Source: Botryllus schlosseri
Lineage: Eukaryota
Reading direction: 5' to 3'
NCBI GenBank assembly: GCA_051294905.1
Contig: CM119372.1
Span: forward strand, 17,114,001-17,178,000
DNA: 64,000 nt
A program made the translations under genes and the position numbers. Shown here in pieces: positions 61,563 to 64,000 of this stretch (its first letter is position 1; every line of letters begins with the position of its first letter). Below the pieces are notes generated by a model. The model saw only the letters and a list, made by a program, of their open reading frames with translations, did not search any database and was not told the DNA's origin.

Positions 61563-63223
61563 TCATCCGATACCGGGCCCGCATGATTTACATAAAGCGA
61601 CTTGTCCACGGACATAATCTCTACACGGACAAATTCTATAGTGGTTCTTACCACTGCCAGAACAACTAAAAAGTCTGGGATTAATCTGCACGTAGCATTT
61701 ACCGGTTGTCCTATCAAAGGACGGATGAAAAGTGTCTTGAATTCGAGGCACAGCAGTCCGACTGCAAGGGAATTCATGGTCGAAACCGCGAAAAGATTCT
61801 ATCCTGTTGATCACGGGGAAAAACGTTGGCTCGCAAATAAGACCGGCGGAACTGCAGACATCGTTACATGATTTGGAAACGTGAGGATAGGAGGATATAC
61901 AGCGCATCGCTTCAATGGGAGGCCACCTCATTTTTTCTAGATCGTGTGAATGGTTTTGGGCGTACGGGATTTCGTTGCAAAACTGCTGTTTGTCGACATG
62001 CACGCTGAGACGCTCTAACATTCCCAGAACCGAATACTCGCGTGGAAGATACCCGGGCAGGCTGTCCGCTTGAGACACCTTGCTCAGCGTTTGTCTCAAT
62101 TCTTTCTCATTATCGACGTCAATCGTGTACACGTAAGGCTCACCTATATACTCCTCGGCGTACGGGTTTTGAGACGTGATCTCGCGAAGAGTGGGTTTAC
62201 CTTTGTAAAAATCGTTGTTGAGGGAAGAAACGGGCTTTGCGTATTTCGGATTCAAAAACACGGCCCCGTGCTGGATGGCTTCCAACGGAGCCGGGCCTTC
62301 GAATGGAAATCCCAGCCCGACGAACAACTTGGTTTTACTCAAAAGCTTAGCTAGCACCGTTCTGTTTACGAGTCCGTGGTTGATTACGAATCTCGGCAGC
62401 CTTTCAACGCCAGCAACTGTGGCGTGAACTTCAAAATATTCGCTCACAATCTTCAAATACTTATCTTTGCCGCGCCAGAATTCTTTTGATTTTCCGTAAA
62501 CGAGAGCTATCTTCTTTGCGTCCTGGGTCTGCCCCGTTTGGGCGGAGATGTCCGGCGGAAACTCGGTCACAAAACCGAGAAATGTGTTGTCTGGGGTGTG
62601 CGGGAACATGGTGTTGAACTGTTGTAACTTGACATCCAGCCCATTGTATTGAGTTGCTGCGATACCTAGTCGGTCGCGGTAGGGCGGATGATTGAACAAA
62701 GCTTCCGTACCGAAGCTGTCTACAATTCGGCAACGGCACCGAATCGGTTGGAATGCGCGGTCGCCTAGTTTTGTCTTTATTACGTTATATCCGTTGATAT
62801 CGGTGTATACGATGTCAAACGGGATATTTCTGTGCTCGTACACAGATTTCGGCGTACACGTTGAGGAGGTGGAAAACAGTTTCATATATTTACTGTAATG
62901 GAAAGCTATCTCGTTTTTCTGGTAGGAAATTATGACCTCGTGACCTATGGAATGAAGCGAAGCGATCACATCACTCCATTGTACCAGCTCTCCAAGCGGC
63001 CCTCCTTTCCACGCGCTTGTTCCTATCCCTGTAGTCAAAAGACCAAGATGGATATGAATTCTCTTTTTATCGAGGGCCGGTATGTTCGAGAAGAGATTTT
63101 TCGTTGCCCGTGTCCACATGGATTCCATGGTCGAAATGCGGTGCTTTATCCACGAATAGTCTGCGCTTTTTGAGAGTGTGTAGTACAGCTGGCGAAAGTC
63201 ATAACGAGGAGAGCATTTCGCTT
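61563..63223 (-). CDS. MGAT5: Alpha-1,6-mannosylglycoprotein 6-beta-N-acetylglucosaminyltransferase (GnT-V, GT18); terminal coding exon, 5' part missing
   Basis: Motifs HLGLL, GGPLGELVQWSD, DSFGTE, FNTMFPHTPDNTFLGFV, GLGFPFEGPAPLEAI and RICPCRDYVRGQVALC. A polypyrimidine/AG acceptor (tttactttctatag) ends at 63224, and ORF sequence upstream of it looks intronic. No N-terminal signal anchor is visible. MGAT5 versus MGAT5B is not resolvable here. Confidence 0.93.
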
Positions 63224-64000
63224 CTATAGAAAGTAAAGGTGGATGAGTCAATATGAGTGCAAACGACGAATGGTGACATGGGTTGTGAAAAAAATATATG
63301 TCTGATGGCGGGGAAAAATTGACCATTGCGTCGCAGCACATAAACATTAGATTGTGGCGTCTCGATTAATGGTGATTGATGGAGGAGTATATTCGTCCAA
63401 TGACTCCAACCCTTTATTATGTCATTCTGAAAATGATATGAATACGCGTCATATTTATATACGCAGGTAGGCCTATGTCGGTACGTCTATATCAATAGTC
63501 GCCAACTCAAAACGAGCCGCTTGAATTAAATATCGCGATAAAAAAGGCCACACAGTGAACCATCGTTTTAAAAAGTTCACGTCAGTACACAACGCTGTGC
63601 TCTCTAACATGGGTGACGGGTATATTTACCACAAAAGAAATGATATTTTATCAAAGAAATACAAACACAACAAACAATATCATGACCACACCTTTAATTC
63701 TATTTTGAGCTATGAGCTGCGCGCGCTAATTTACAAAAGAAATACAAACACAAGAAATAAAATGATGATCATGCCTTTCATTCTATTTAGAACTATGAGC
63801 TGCGTGCGATAAGTGACAACACGTTGTAGCGACTAAAGAATCCATATTGGGGATATAGCTAGACACGGCACTTGCAGAAAACTACCTGCTCGTAAAGCTT
63901 GGTCTTGTGGGGAAGCTTCAAGTCGTTTTCTAAGCCTCTAGGTCTTGGCAGTGTCTGGGCCAATTCATGTCGAGGCAATTATGTCCAATTGCCCATATGC

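Noticed and set aside
63224..63347. N-terminal 41 aa of the 594-aa MGAT5 ORF as real coding sequence
   Set aside because: It does not resemble the MGAT5 stem region and ends in a good splice acceptor, so it is probably intron read-through.
63885..64000. Upstream MGAT5 exon ending at a minus-strand cag|gtagt
   Set aside because: The longest open frame ends in phase 0 whereas phase 1 is needed, and no MGAT5 motif is recognisable in any frame.

Overview
Eukaryotic (metazoan) genomic DNA with GT-AG introns, many only 54-66 nt long. An invertebrate chordate such as an ascidian is plausible, but that is inference. Four protein genes are supported: an intronless SPTLC1 (15337-16770,+), an 11-exon TMCO4 (20777-30052,+), a 10-exon CYP7-clan cytochrome P450 (40687-55222,+), and the large terminal coding exon of MGAT5 (61563-63223,-; 5' exons not found in the window). 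The first ~13 kb is one giant foldback structure. Its two inverted arms each consist of unique outer sequence plus a 176-bp tandem array (~16.5 and ~25 units, with higher-order periodicity), and they flank a 4.8-kb loop of nested hAT debris. The rest of the window is densely filled with non-autonomous DNA transposons, most with 8-bp target-site duplications (TSDs) I could read directly and many nested. There are also LINE and SINE stubs and two ultra-short palindromic insertions (33 bp and 16 bp) with perfect 8-bp flanking direct repeats. Exon models and repeat boundaries were read by eye and no database search was possible.
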